DNA of 64,000 nt from an uncultured delta proteobacterium. GTDB taxonomy: Bacteria > Myxococcota_A > Polyangia > Polyangiales > Polyangiaceae. Shown in pieces: positions 48,580 through 56,771 of the stretch. The position numbers and the translations under genes are program-made. The first letter of the stretch is position 1, and every line of letters begins with the position of its first letter. The notes beneath the pieces were generated by a model. That model saw only the letters and a list, made by a program, of their open reading frames with translations. It was not told the origin of the DNA and did not search any database. The stretch lies in contig CAWJCS010000006.1 of the NCBI GenBank assembly GCA_963841435.1, positions 1,760,001-1,824,000 on the forward strand. The letters are read 5' to 3'.

Positions 48580-48849
48580 TCAGCCGCCGTCGGATCCGGC
48601 GTCTAGGTCCGTCGTGCCCGCATCCGCAGGAGGAGGGGGCGGCCCCTCGACGTTTCCCACGAGCCCCGACACGTCGTCCGAGCAGGTTCGCGCACCCGAC
48701 GTATCGGCCACGCAAACCAGGCCTGCCCGGCAGTCGCTGTCGCGATAACAGTCCTCGCCAGGCCCCCCGGGGTCCTGATGGCCGGCGCACGCCACGCAAG
48801 CGAGGAGGGGCAAAAGCCAGGCTGCCGTGATGGCCGCGACGCGGGTCAT
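48580..48849 (-). CDS. Small Cys-rich lipoprotein
   Basis: Signal peptide with CVAC, GEDCYRDSDCRAGLVC...C motif, DAG-rich tail. Confidence 0.6.
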   Translation of the reverse strand: MTRVAAITAAWLLPLLACVACAGHQDPGGPGEDCYRDSDCRAGLVCVADTSGARTCSDDVSGLVGNVEGPPPPPADAGTTDLDAGSDGG

Positions 48850-48911
48850 CCGAGAAAGAACCATACTAGCATCCGTTCCTGGTCCGCCCGACGCGTTCCC
48901 CGCACGGAGCC

Positions 48912-49136
48912 TCAGCCGGACCCAGTTTCGACCGTGACGAGCGGATCGCCCTCGTCGACCGCCTGGCCCTCGGAAACGTGGATTTGCGTGACGCGGCCCG
49001 CTTCCTCCGCCTCGACCGGCATCTCCATCTTCATGGACTCGAGGATGACGAGAACCGTGCCGGGCGTGACGGGGTCTCCCGCCTTCACCTGAATTTTCCA
49101 AACGGTCCCTGTAATCTGCGCGCACGCCGTCGGCAT
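48912..49136 (-). CDS. Stand-alone biotin carboxyl carrier protein
   Basis: GTVWKIQVKAGD.V..G..LVILESMKME...G.V..I.V.EG..V..GD.L; 74 aa. Confidence 0.88.
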   Translation of the reverse strand: MPTACAQITGTVWKIQVKAGDPVTPGTVLVILESMKMEMPVEAEEAGRVTQIHVSEGQAVDEGDPLVTVETGSG

Positions 49137-49389
49137 GAGATTGACCCCGAGGCTATCACCGAATTCGATCAGGCTCGGCGTGTAGCAAAATGTGGGTTAT
49201 CCTCGCACCCCCGTACGAAGCCAAGCTCCCGGCCTGGCACCGTGTCCCTTGCTCTCCCGTGCCGAAAAACCCGCTTGCCGTTGCGACCACGGATCCCGCC
49301 GCTTGACGGGGTCGTTTCACGATTGCTATTCGCCAATGCGGGTCGCTGCGCCGCCGGCAGGAGCCTCGCGCTAGACTGAGGAATCCATC

Positions 49390-50151
49390 ATGGCCGAACA
49401 GAAGGAAAGCTCGGTTCTCTTCTCGCTCAAGGAGCTCATGAACCTCGAGGAGAACCGAATCAAAGAAGAGGAAGAGGAGAAGGAGCGTCGCGCGAGAGCC
49501 GAAGCGGAGCACCGCGCGCGGGAGGACGCAGAGCGACGGGCCGCCGAGGAGCGGCGCCTGCGGAGCGAGGAAGAAGCGCGCCGCGTCGAGGAGCAGCGCA
49601 AGCGCGAAGATGTCGCGCGTGTCGAGGCGATTCGTGCGGCCGAGATCGAGAAGGCCAAGGCGGAGGCCGAGCACCATGCGCGCATGCAGGCGCTCGCCGC
49701 GCAGCAAGCGCACGAGCAGCAGATCACCGCCCTGCAGAGCGATCAGACGAAGAAGCGCCTCACGCTCATCGTCGGCATCGTGAGCGCGGTGCTCGTGATC
49801 GGCGCCGTGGCGACGGCGGTCCTCGTCACGAGGTCCAACGAGGAGCAAAAAAAGCGCGACGCGATCGCGCTGGCCGAAAACGAGCGCATCGCGCAGGAGC
49901 TGAAGCGCTTGAAGGCCGAGGCCGACGAGGCCCAGAAGAAGCAAGACGAGCTGCAGGAAGCGCTCTCGAACGCCAAGGACGAAGCGACCAAGAAGGCCCT
50001 CGAAGCGCAGCTCGCCCAGGCCAAGGCCGAGACCGAGCAGAAGCGGGCCGTGAGCGGCCGTGCCGTGCGCTCGACGGGCAGCAGCGGCAGCAAGAAGAGC
50101 TCGAGCTCGTCGAACTGCGCGCCGGGCGATCCGATGTGCGGCGATCTGTGA
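49390..50151 (+). CDS. Coiled-coil single-TM protein with C-terminal CxPGDPxC motif
   Basis: ESSVLFSLKEL N-terminus, E/R-rich coil, TM LIVGIVSAVLVIGAVATAVLV, second coil, NCAPGDPMCGDL; GAGGA RBS. Confidence 0.75.
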   Translation: MAEQKESSVLFSLKELMNLEENRIKEEEEEKERRARAEAEHRAREDAERRAAEERRLRSEEEARRVEEQRKREDVARVEAIRAAEIEKAKAEAEHHARMQALAAQQAHEQQITALQSDQTKKRLTLIVGIVSAVLVIGAVATAVLVTRSNEEQKKRDAIALAENERIAQELKRLKAEADEAQKKQDELQEALSNAKDEATKKALEAQLAQAKAETEQKRAVSGRAVRSTGSSGSKKSSSSSNCAPGDPMCGDL

Positions 50152-50161
50152 CGCTCGTCGC

Positions 50162-50893
50162 ATGAGCCGCGCGCGCGAACGCCTCGCCTTCCCTCTCGAC
50201 TATCCGACCCTCGCCGACGCGCGGCGTGGTGCGGCGCTCGTCGCGGCGTCCGCCGGCGTGCTCAAGGTGGGCCTCGAGCTGTTCGTGCGCGAGGGGCCCG
50301 CGGCGGTGAGGCTCGGTGAGGAGCTCGGCTCGGCGATCTTCTTGGATCTCAAGCTCCACGACATTCCGGAGACCGTCGAGCGTGCCGTCGCCTCCGCGGC
50401 GGCGCTCGGCGTCCGCTACCTCACGCTGCACGCCGCCGGCGGCCCTCGCATGCTCGAACGGGCCGTGGCGCGCGCGGACCGTGAGCGCACGGGTCTCGAG
50501 CTGCTCGCCGTGACCGTGCTCACGAGCCTCGACGATGCCGATCTCGAGGCCGTCGGCTGCCGTGACGGCGCGAGCGCCCAGGCGGCGCGGCTCGCCCGGC
50601 TCGCCGTGGGACAGGGCGTCCCCGGGCTCGTGTGCTCCGTCGCCGAGGTGGGGGCCCTGCGCCACGAGCTCGGCCCCCGGGTCACGCTCGTGACGCCCGG
50701 CATCCGCCCTGCGGGTGACGCCAAGGCGGACGACCAGAAGCGCGTCGGGACGCCCGCGAGCGCCATCCGGGCCGGCTCGAGCCTGCTCGTCGTTGGTCGC
50801 CCGATCCGCGACGCGGCCGACCCCGCGCTCGCCGCCCGTCGCATCGTCGACGAGATCGCCGAGGCGGAACGTGCCGCGACCTCGAGCGGCTGA
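50162..50893 (+). CDS. pyrF: Orotidine-5'-phosphate decarboxylase
   Basis: KVGLELF, FLDLKLHDIPETV, TLHAAGG, VTVLTS, VTPGIRP, DDQKR, VVGRPI. Confidence 0.97.
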   Translation: MSRARERLAFPLDYPTLADARRGAALVAASAGVLKVGLELFVREGPAAVRLGEELGSAIFLDLKLHDIPETVERAVASAAALGVRYLTLHAAGGPRMLERAVARADRERTGLELLAVTVLTSLDDADLEAVGCRDGASAQAARLARLAVGQGVPGLVCSVAEVGALRHELGPRVTLVTPGIRPAGDAKADDQKRVGTPASAIRAGSSLLVVGRPIRDAADPALAARRIVDEIAEAERAATSSG

Positions 50894-51656
50894 GCGGGAC
50901 CCGAGCGCCCGCGCCGCCGGATCCGGGGGGCGCCTCGTCCTCGGCCTGCAGCCCGTGCGAGAAGCCGTGCGGCGCCATGGTGCCGCGCTTCGCGAGCTCA
51001 TCATCGAGGACCGTGCGACGCCGCGGCTCGAAGCGCTCGCCCGTTTCGCCACCGACCAGGGCGTGTCGCGGATCCGGCGCGTCCCGCGGGCCGATCTCGA
51101 GCGGCTCGCGCGGGGCGTCGCCCACCAGGGTGCCGCGGCGTTTGCGCCCCCGCTCGGGCTCATCGAGCTCGAGCGGTTGCTCGAGGACCCCGGGCTCGCC
51201 GCCGTGGCGCTCGACGGTATCGAGGACCCTCAAAATTTCGGGGCCGTCGTGCGCTCCGCCGTCGCGCTCGGGGGTGCGGCGGTCATCTGGGGCGAACACG
51301 GCTCCGCCCCACTCACCCCGGCCACTTTCCGCGCTTCGGCCGGGGCTGTCGAGCATGCACGCCTTTGCCGGGTGCGCTCCCTGCCCCAGGCCCTCGACGC
51401 CCTTCACCTTGCAGGTGCGACCATCGTCGGCCTCGACCCTTCTGCACCCACGCTCCTGTCCGAGCTCGACCTCAAGGGACCGACGGTGCTCGTGCTCGGT
51501 GCTGAGGGTGAGGGCCTGGGCCGAAGCGTGCGCCGCGCCTGCGGCGCCCTCGCGTCGCTCGGAAGGACCCAAACCGTCGACTCGCTCAACGCCTCCGTCG
51601 CATTGGGGATCGCCCTCTACGAAATATCGAAACAACGAGCTATTTCAAATAGTTGA
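50871..51656 (+). CDS. rlmB: SpoU/TrmH-family RNA methyltransferase (RlmB-like); start uncertain
   Basis: G.QPVREA, HQG, LDGIEDPQNFGAVVRSA, SAGA, LVLGAEGEG, SLNASVA. Confidence 0.8.
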   Translation: MPRPRAAERDPSARAAGSGGRLVLGLQPVREAVRRHGAALRELIIEDRATPRLEALARFATDQGVSRIRRVPRADLERLARGVAHQGAAAFAPPLGLIELERLLEDPGLAAVALDGIEDPQNFGAVVRSAVALGGAAVIWGEHGSAPLTPATFRASAGAVEHARLCRVRSLPQALDALHLAGATIVGLDPSAPTLLSELDLKGPTVLVLGAEGEGLGRSVRRACGALASLGRTQTVDSLNASVALGIALYEISKQRAISNS

Positions 51657-51858
51657 GCAGCAATATCAAGAGTTGACCTGAGGGCCTCGAAAAGCACTGA
51701 ACAGCTGACTAGAGCATTGGCGCGGCTTTTCCATTCAAGAGATGACCCCTTGCGCGCCGACGCTCCACCGACAATCCCCGCAATCTCAGTGGCTTCCGCG
51801 CCAAGCCTCGATGCGATCCCCGCGAGGTTCGGGGGCCTGCTCAGGCGATGGACGAGCT

Positions 51859-52980
51859 TCAGCGGCGCAGGCGCTGAAGCAGTCGGGCGAGCGTGCCGAG
51901 AAGCCGTTCAATTGCTTCGGGTTGCGTCTCCTCGCCCATGCTGACCCGCACCGCGCTCTCGGCGCGTTCGCGTCCCAGCATGGCGGTGATCACGGTTGAC
52001 GGTTCGTTGGTGCCTGCCGAGCACGCGCTACCGCTCGAGACGCGAATGCCCTCGAGGTCGAGCGCCGCGACGAGCTCGTCGCCGGCGACGCCATAAAAGG
52101 AGAGGTTCGTGACGTGGGGCGCGCGCGGGGCACCGGAGCCGTTGACGATGGCTTCACCGTCGAGCGCGCTCTCGATACGGTCGCGCAGTGCCGCAAGAGG
52201 GGCGTACCGGGGAGGACCCTCGAGAGCGTGGCGCGCCGCCACCGCGAGCCCGGCCGCTGCGGCGGCGTCGGGGGTGCCAGGGCGTAGCCCTCGCTCCTGA
52301 GCGCCCCCGACGAGGACCGGGGAGACCCGGGCGCCTCGCGTCACCACGAGCGCGCCGATGCCCTTCGGCCCACGCAGCTTGTGACCCGCGAGCGCCGTCG
52401 TGTCGCCCTTTTGCCAAAGGCCGGGCACGACGCGTCCCGCGGCCTGGACCGCATCGACGTGGAGCCTCGCGGACGCTTGGTCGACGACGACGCGGATGCC
52501 GTCGAGCGGCTGGATCACCCCCGTCTCGTGATTGACGGCCGATAGAGCCACGAGGCTGCCGCGGGGCAGATCGGAGAGAGCGTGCTCGACGTCATCGGGC
52601 GCGATGAGGCCGGCTTCGACGACGGGCAGCCAGCGCACGGGAACCCCTCGCGCGGCGGCGGCTTCGGCGACGCGCGTCAGCGAGGGGTGATCGACGCGGC
52701 TCACGACGAGCCCCGGTGCGCCGGAAAGGGCCAGGTTATTGGCCTCGGTGCCGCCGCTCGTGAGCACGATGTCGCGAGCATCGCCGCCGGCTAGCGCTGC
52801 GATCGCGTCGCGGGCTGCGTCGAGGTGACGCCGGGCCCGGCGCCCGGCGGCGTGAACGCTCGACGGGTTTCCCCACGCCTCGGCGGCTGCCTCCATCACC
52901 GCCGCGAGCACGGCCGGAAGAGGAGGCGTGGTCGCGTTCCAGTCGAGGTAGGTCTCCACCGGGGCAGCCGCCCGGGCCAC
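51859..52980 (-). CDS. iscS: Cysteine desulfurase (IscS/NifS class I, PLP-dependent)
   Basis: YLDWNATTP, GNPSSVH, TSGGTEANN, NHETGVIQ, HVDAVQA, GHKLRGPKG, RPGT, SSGSACS. Confidence 0.85.
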   Translation of the reverse strand: MARAAAPVETYLDWNATTPPLPAVLAAVMEAAAEAWGNPSSVHAAGRRARRHLDAARDAIAALAGGDARDIVLTSGGTEANNLALSGAPGLVVSRVDHPSLTRVAEAAAARGVPVRWLPVVEAGLIAPDDVEHALSDLPRGSLVALSAVNHETGVIQPLDGIRVVVDQASARLHVDAVQAAGRVVPGLWQKGDTTALAGHKLRGPKGIGALVVTRGARVSPVLVGGAQERGLRPGTPDAAAAAGLAVAARHALEGPPRYAPLAALRDRIESALDGEAIVNGSGAPRAPHVTNLSFYGVAGDELVAALDLEGIRVSSGSACSAGTNEPSTVITAMLGRERAESAVRVSMGEETQPEAIERLLGTLARLLQRLRR

Positions 52981-52984
52981 GCTT

Positions 52985-53635
52985 TCAGGCCCCGAAAGCG
53001 CGCTTGAATCGCTTCGCATCAGCGAACATGTCGACGTTCGCGAAGACGTAGGTCGCGGTTTGCGCATGCCCCTCGCGGGCAATGTCTGCGAGGCGCTCGA
53101 TGGCTGGGTCCTCGTAGCGCGACTTGTGCCCGGCGGGACCCGGAAGCCGGTAGTACGCCGTCGTGCGCTGCGAGAGGCCCTGCTGCAGCGGATCGCGCGC
53201 AGCGAGCGTCTCCGTTTCCTCGGCGAGATGGTCGGCGTCGTCGGGCTTCCACGCGGGGCCCGGCTCGAACACGACGCGATCGAAACGCTCACGCACGTGC
53301 TTCAAGAAGTCACGTAGCGCGAGGCGGTTGGCGCGCGTGTTCGGGAAGTCGGGCGGCGCCAAGAAGATCGCCGTGCGAGCCGAGAGCTCCTCGGCGACCT
53401 CGCCGAGCTTCTCGAGCGCTGTCTCGACCACCTTGCCACCGCGGAAACCCTCCTGCGTGATTTCACGCGGGCCGAGTAAAGCGAAGGAAAAATCAGCCGG
53501 GGCCTCGCGGCGCCAGCGCCGCAGCGTGCCGGAGCCGGGGACGGCCAGGTGGGTCTCCTGAACCTCGACGAACGAGTATTCCTTGAAATAGCGGGTGGCC
53601 GGAACAGCAAACCCGGCACAGCCGACGACCATCAT
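52985..53635 (-). CDS. DUF72 family protein
   Basis: VVGCAGF, YFKEYSFVEVQ.T, WRREAPADFSF, YYRLPG...Y, YVFAN.DMF.DA.RF. Confidence 0.75.
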   Translation of the reverse strand: MMVVGCAGFAVPATRYFKEYSFVEVQETHLAVPGSGTLRRWRREAPADFSFALLGPREITQEGFRGGKVVETALEKLGEVAEELSARTAIFLAPPDFPNTRANRLALRDFLKHVRERFDRVVFEPGPAWKPDDADHLAEETETLAARDPLQQGLSQRTTAYYRLPGPAGHKSRYEDPAIERLADIAREGHAQTATYVFANVDMFADAKRFKRAFGA

Positions 53636-53742
53636 CGGGGGGAACGCTAACACAGGAGGCGCGCCCGCGCTTTCGGCGATCGTCCCCCGCGCCAGGCGTT
53701 CTGGTCGCAGGGGACGCGCCCGCGAGCGTCACTCCGGAGCGT

Positions 53743-54507
53743 TTAGCCGCAGGTTTCGATCCCGAAGCACTCGCTGCTGCAGTTCACGTGCAGACACGAA
53801 GCAAGGTCCGAGGTCTGGTTGCCGAGCAACCCGCCGCACATGTCCGTTGCGCACGCCGATTCGCACTCGTTCAGGCCATCCGAGTCGCAAAGCTCGTTCG
53901 CGGTGACGTATTCGCTCAGGCACTGGACGTAACAGCCAATCTCGCCAAAGCCCGCGTACTGGCCCGTTTCGGGTCCGCCCCAACCGCACACGTTGCCCGG
54001 GTCGAACCCGTAGCAGGCCATGGACTCCTCGCAGCAATGGTCCTGGATACAGGACTCGCAGGGATCGGGATCGTCGAGATTCGTAGGCTCACAATTCGGA
54101 TATAGCGTCGTCTCGAGGTCGCCCGACGCGGGGTCGCATTCCGGAGTCGTCTGATCCTCGGTCGGCAGCCCAGCGGTACCTCCGCCGCCGCCAGTCCCGG
54201 CGGTGCCACCCGTGTCGGCGCCGCTCTCGCCGCCGGTTCCCGAGCTACCGCCGGTGGTCCCGCCAGAGCTACCGCCGGTGCCGCCGCTCGCGCCCGAGGA
54301 ACCACCGGTACCGCCCGAGCCACCCTTGCCCGAGCTCCCGCCCGTGGCCGAGCCACCCTTCCCCGAGGTGGCGCCGGACCCGCCGCTACCGCCAGTGGTC
54401 CCGCCGGACCCGACGGCGTCGTCATCGCCAGTCTTGACCACGCAGCCCGTGACCAGCGCCGCACCTACGAAGCCAAGACCAATCGCATATTTCCAAGTGT
54501 GAGCCAT
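53743..54507 (-). CDS. Lipoprotein with Gly/Ser/Thr linker and Cys-rich acidic domain
   Basis: Lipobox VTGC, GGS/GGT repeats, CESCIQDHCC...CLHVNCSSECF; GGAG RBS. Confidence 0.8.
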   Translation of the reverse strand: MAHTWKYAIGLGFVGAALVTGCVVKTGDDDAVGSGGTTGGSGGSGATSGKGGSATGGSSGKGGSGGTGGSSGASGGTGGSSGGTTGGSSGTGGESGADTGGTAGTGGGGGTAGLPTEDQTTPECDPASGDLETTLYPNCEPTNLDDPDPCESCIQDHCCEESMACYGFDPGNVCGWGGPETGQYAGFGEIGCYVQCLSEYVTANELCDSDGLNECESACATDMCGGLLGNQTSDLASCLHVNCSSECFGIETCG

Positions 54508-54568
54508 ATGTACTCCCTACTGTCCTACGCGGGTCGGGGTCGGAAATCCCCTGGCGACCGGAGGAAAT

Positions 54569-56305
54569 TCATTCGAAGCGCTCGGCGGGGTTCCGCCGGG
54601 CGAGCCGCTGCGGCCTCGTGATTATTCGCCAAGCCCGGCTGGTTTGCCACTCTTCGCCCGACCGCGAAGGGTTCTTCGCGCCTTTTGGCGAAAGGCGTCG
54701 AGTGCCCCCCCCCACGCTCTGCTCATCGGTGGACGGGGCCGGCCGGCGGGCCCGCTCGCCGCGCCCCCGCAACGACAGTCCGAGTGCCACGGCCGCAGCG
54801 AGCCAGTAGGGCATGTCGCCGAGCGCCTCGTACGGGGTGCGTCCCCTGAGCCAGCTGATCTCACCGAGCAGCGCAGCCGGCTCGAAGGGCGGCGTGTGGG
54901 CCACGACCCGCCCGACGGGGTCGACGATCGCGCTCACGCCACTGTTGGTGGAGCGCACGAGGTAACGGCGGTGCTCGACTGCGCGGAGCGTCGCTGCCGC
55001 AAGATGGATCCACGGCTCCGTGGTGTCACCGAACCATGCGTCGTTCGTCAGGTTCGCGATCAGGTCCGGATCGCCGTTGTTGACGATGCGGTTCACGAAG
55101 CCGGGGATGATGTCCTCGTAACAGATCACCGTCGCGATCTGATGCTCGCCGACGGTCAGGGGGTCGTTGAGCTTGCCGGCCACGAATTTGCCGGAATTCG
55201 GGCTCCACTCGTAGAGGATCGGCAGCTCCTCGCCGAACGGCATTTCCTCGCTGAACATGACGAGCTTCTGCTTGTCGAAACGTCCGACGACCTGACCCTG
55301 GTGGTCGGTCAAGAGCGCGGAGTTGTAGAGCACGTAGCGGCGCGCATCGTCGACGTCCTTGACGATGACGGCGCCGAACAGCACCGGCACGCCGATGCCA
55401 CGCGCGAAGCGCGCCGGAACGAGCCGCGCCACGTCGGGCTCCTCCATCGCGCTCATCACCGACGTCTCGCTCCAGACCACGAGATCGAGGTCGGCGCGGC
55501 TCTTGAGCTCGTCGGTGAGCTCGAGATGGCGCCGCAGCCCCTCGCTCTTGTTGCGCCGCTTGCCCATCAAGCTCATGTTCGCTTGCACGAGGCCGACGTG
55601 GCCCTTGGGGGCCGCCGCGCTGCGCGCATCGACGGCGGGTATCCGCACGAGCCCATAGAGCACGGACACCACCGGCAGCAGCGCGAGGCCAAGGACGAGC
55701 CGGCTTTGCGGACGCCGCCGTTCGCGGCGCGCGATCACGTATTGTGCGACCGCGAGGTTCGCGGCGACGAGCGGAAGCGCCACCAGGATCGGCCCGCCGA
55801 TCTCGGCGAGCTGGTTGAGCGCGGGCACCTGGTGGACCGTCGACGCGTAGTACCAAGGGAAAAGCAGCGGGAACACCTGCTCGCTCGCCGCGAAGCCGAG
55901 CGCGAAGGCGAGCGAGCGCCCCCAACCCCGACGGGTGATGGAGGCATGCAAGAGCCCGAGCAACGCGATGCGCCCCGCCTGGTACGCGCAAAGGATCGCC
56001 GAAAACAAGAGGCACAAGGGCAGGCCGAAACCGCTGAAGGTCTCCAGCATGTCGAGCAGCCAATAGAACCCGAGCATCGTCATCGTGAAGCCCGCGATCC
56101 ACCCGAACCCTGCGGCGCGCTTCGGCCCCTGCCCTTCGAGCGCCACGATCAGCGGCACGAGCGCGACGAAGGCGAGCGGCCAGAGATCGATGCCCGGAAA
56201 CGCCAAGAAATAGAGGACCCCGCTCGCCAGCGCGAGCGCCGCCCCCGTGCGGCCCGAAACTGGAAAGCCGCCGTGTCCGAGGCGGCGGCCCGAGTCTACG
56301 CTCAC
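54569..56305 (-). CDS. lnt: Apolipoprotein N-acyltransferase
   Basis: TM N-terminus; LVQAN, VVWSE, YNSA, FDKQKLV.FSE, ICYEDI, NLTNDAWFG, RAVEHRR.LVRSTNSGVSA.VDP.G. Confidence 0.95.
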   Translation of the reverse strand: MSVDSGRRLGHGGFPVSGRTGAALALASGVLYFLAFPGIDLWPLAFVALVPLIVALEGQGPKRAAGFGWIAGFTMTMLGFYWLLDMLETFSGFGLPLCLLFSAILCAYQAGRIALLGLLHASITRRGWGRSLAFALGFAASEQVFPLLFPWYYASTVHQVPALNQLAEIGGPILVALPLVAANLAVAQYVIARRERRRPQSRLVLGLALLPVVSVLYGLVRIPAVDARSAAAPKGHVGLVQANMSLMGKRRNKSEGLRRHLELTDELKSRADLDLVVWSETSVMSAMEEPDVARLVPARFARGIGVPVLFGAVIVKDVDDARRYVLYNSALLTDHQGQVVGRFDKQKLVMFSEEMPFGEELPILYEWSPNSGKFVAGKLNDPLTVGEHQIATVICYEDIIPGFVNRIVNNGDPDLIANLTNDAWFGDTTEPWIHLAAATLRAVEHRRYLVRSTNSGVSAIVDPVGRVVAHTPPFEPAALLGEISWLRGRTPYEALGDMPYWLAAAVALGLSLRGRGERARRPAPSTDEQSVGGGTRRLSPKGAKNPSRSGEEWQTSRAWRIITRPQRLARRNPAERFE

Positions 56306-56697
56306 TCCCCGAGCGCCTTTCGCACCTTCTGTAGGAGATCGTCCATCTTGAAGGGCTTGGTGATGTAGAAGCGCGCGCCCGCCTGGATCCCTTTGACCAC
56401 GTCCATGGGGCCGCCCTTAGCGGTGAGGAAAATGATGGGCATCCCTCTCAGCGACGGCAGCAGGCGCAATTGCTGTGCGGTCGCGTATCCATCGATCCCG
56501 CGCATCATGACGTCGAGCAGTACGAGCTGAGGCTTGAACTCGTCGACGACGGCGAGCGCCTCGCCGCCGTCGCGCGCGCGGCTCACCTCGTAGGATGTGG
56601 AAAGCACCCGTACGAGCATGCTGGCGATCGCGTCGTCGTCCTCGACCACGAGGACCCGCTTCTTGGGTTTTTCCCCATCGGATCCGGCGGATGACAC
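56302..56697 (-). CDS. Single-domain response regulator (CheY-like)
   Basis: VLVVEDD, LLDVMM, IIFLTAK, YITKPF; start uncertain. Confidence 0.88.
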   Translation of the reverse strand: MSSAGSDGEKPKKRVLVVEDDDAIASMLVRVLSTSYEVSRARDGGEALAVVDEFKPQLVLLDVMMRGIDGYATAQQLRLLPSLRGMPIIFLTAKGGPMDVVKGIQAGARFYITKPFKMDDLLQKVRKALGE

Positions 56698-56771
56698 GGC
56701 TCGAACAAGTAGTACCCCGCGGGCAAAACGCAAACGTGCTCGCGCCTGACGCGGTATAGTAGGGACCCTTC

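Noticed and set aside
49235-49253. TGGCAC...TTGC as a sigma-54 promoter (similar near-matches at ~22920, ~23690 and ~51718)
   Set aside because: GG-to-GC spacing is not the required 10 nt, or the -12 GC is missing.
54180-54420. Repetitive CCGCC-rich tract as a possible CRISPR or tandem DNA repeat
   Set aside because: Encodes the Gly/Ser/Thr linker of a lipoprotein; no constant repeat-spacer structure and no cas genes.
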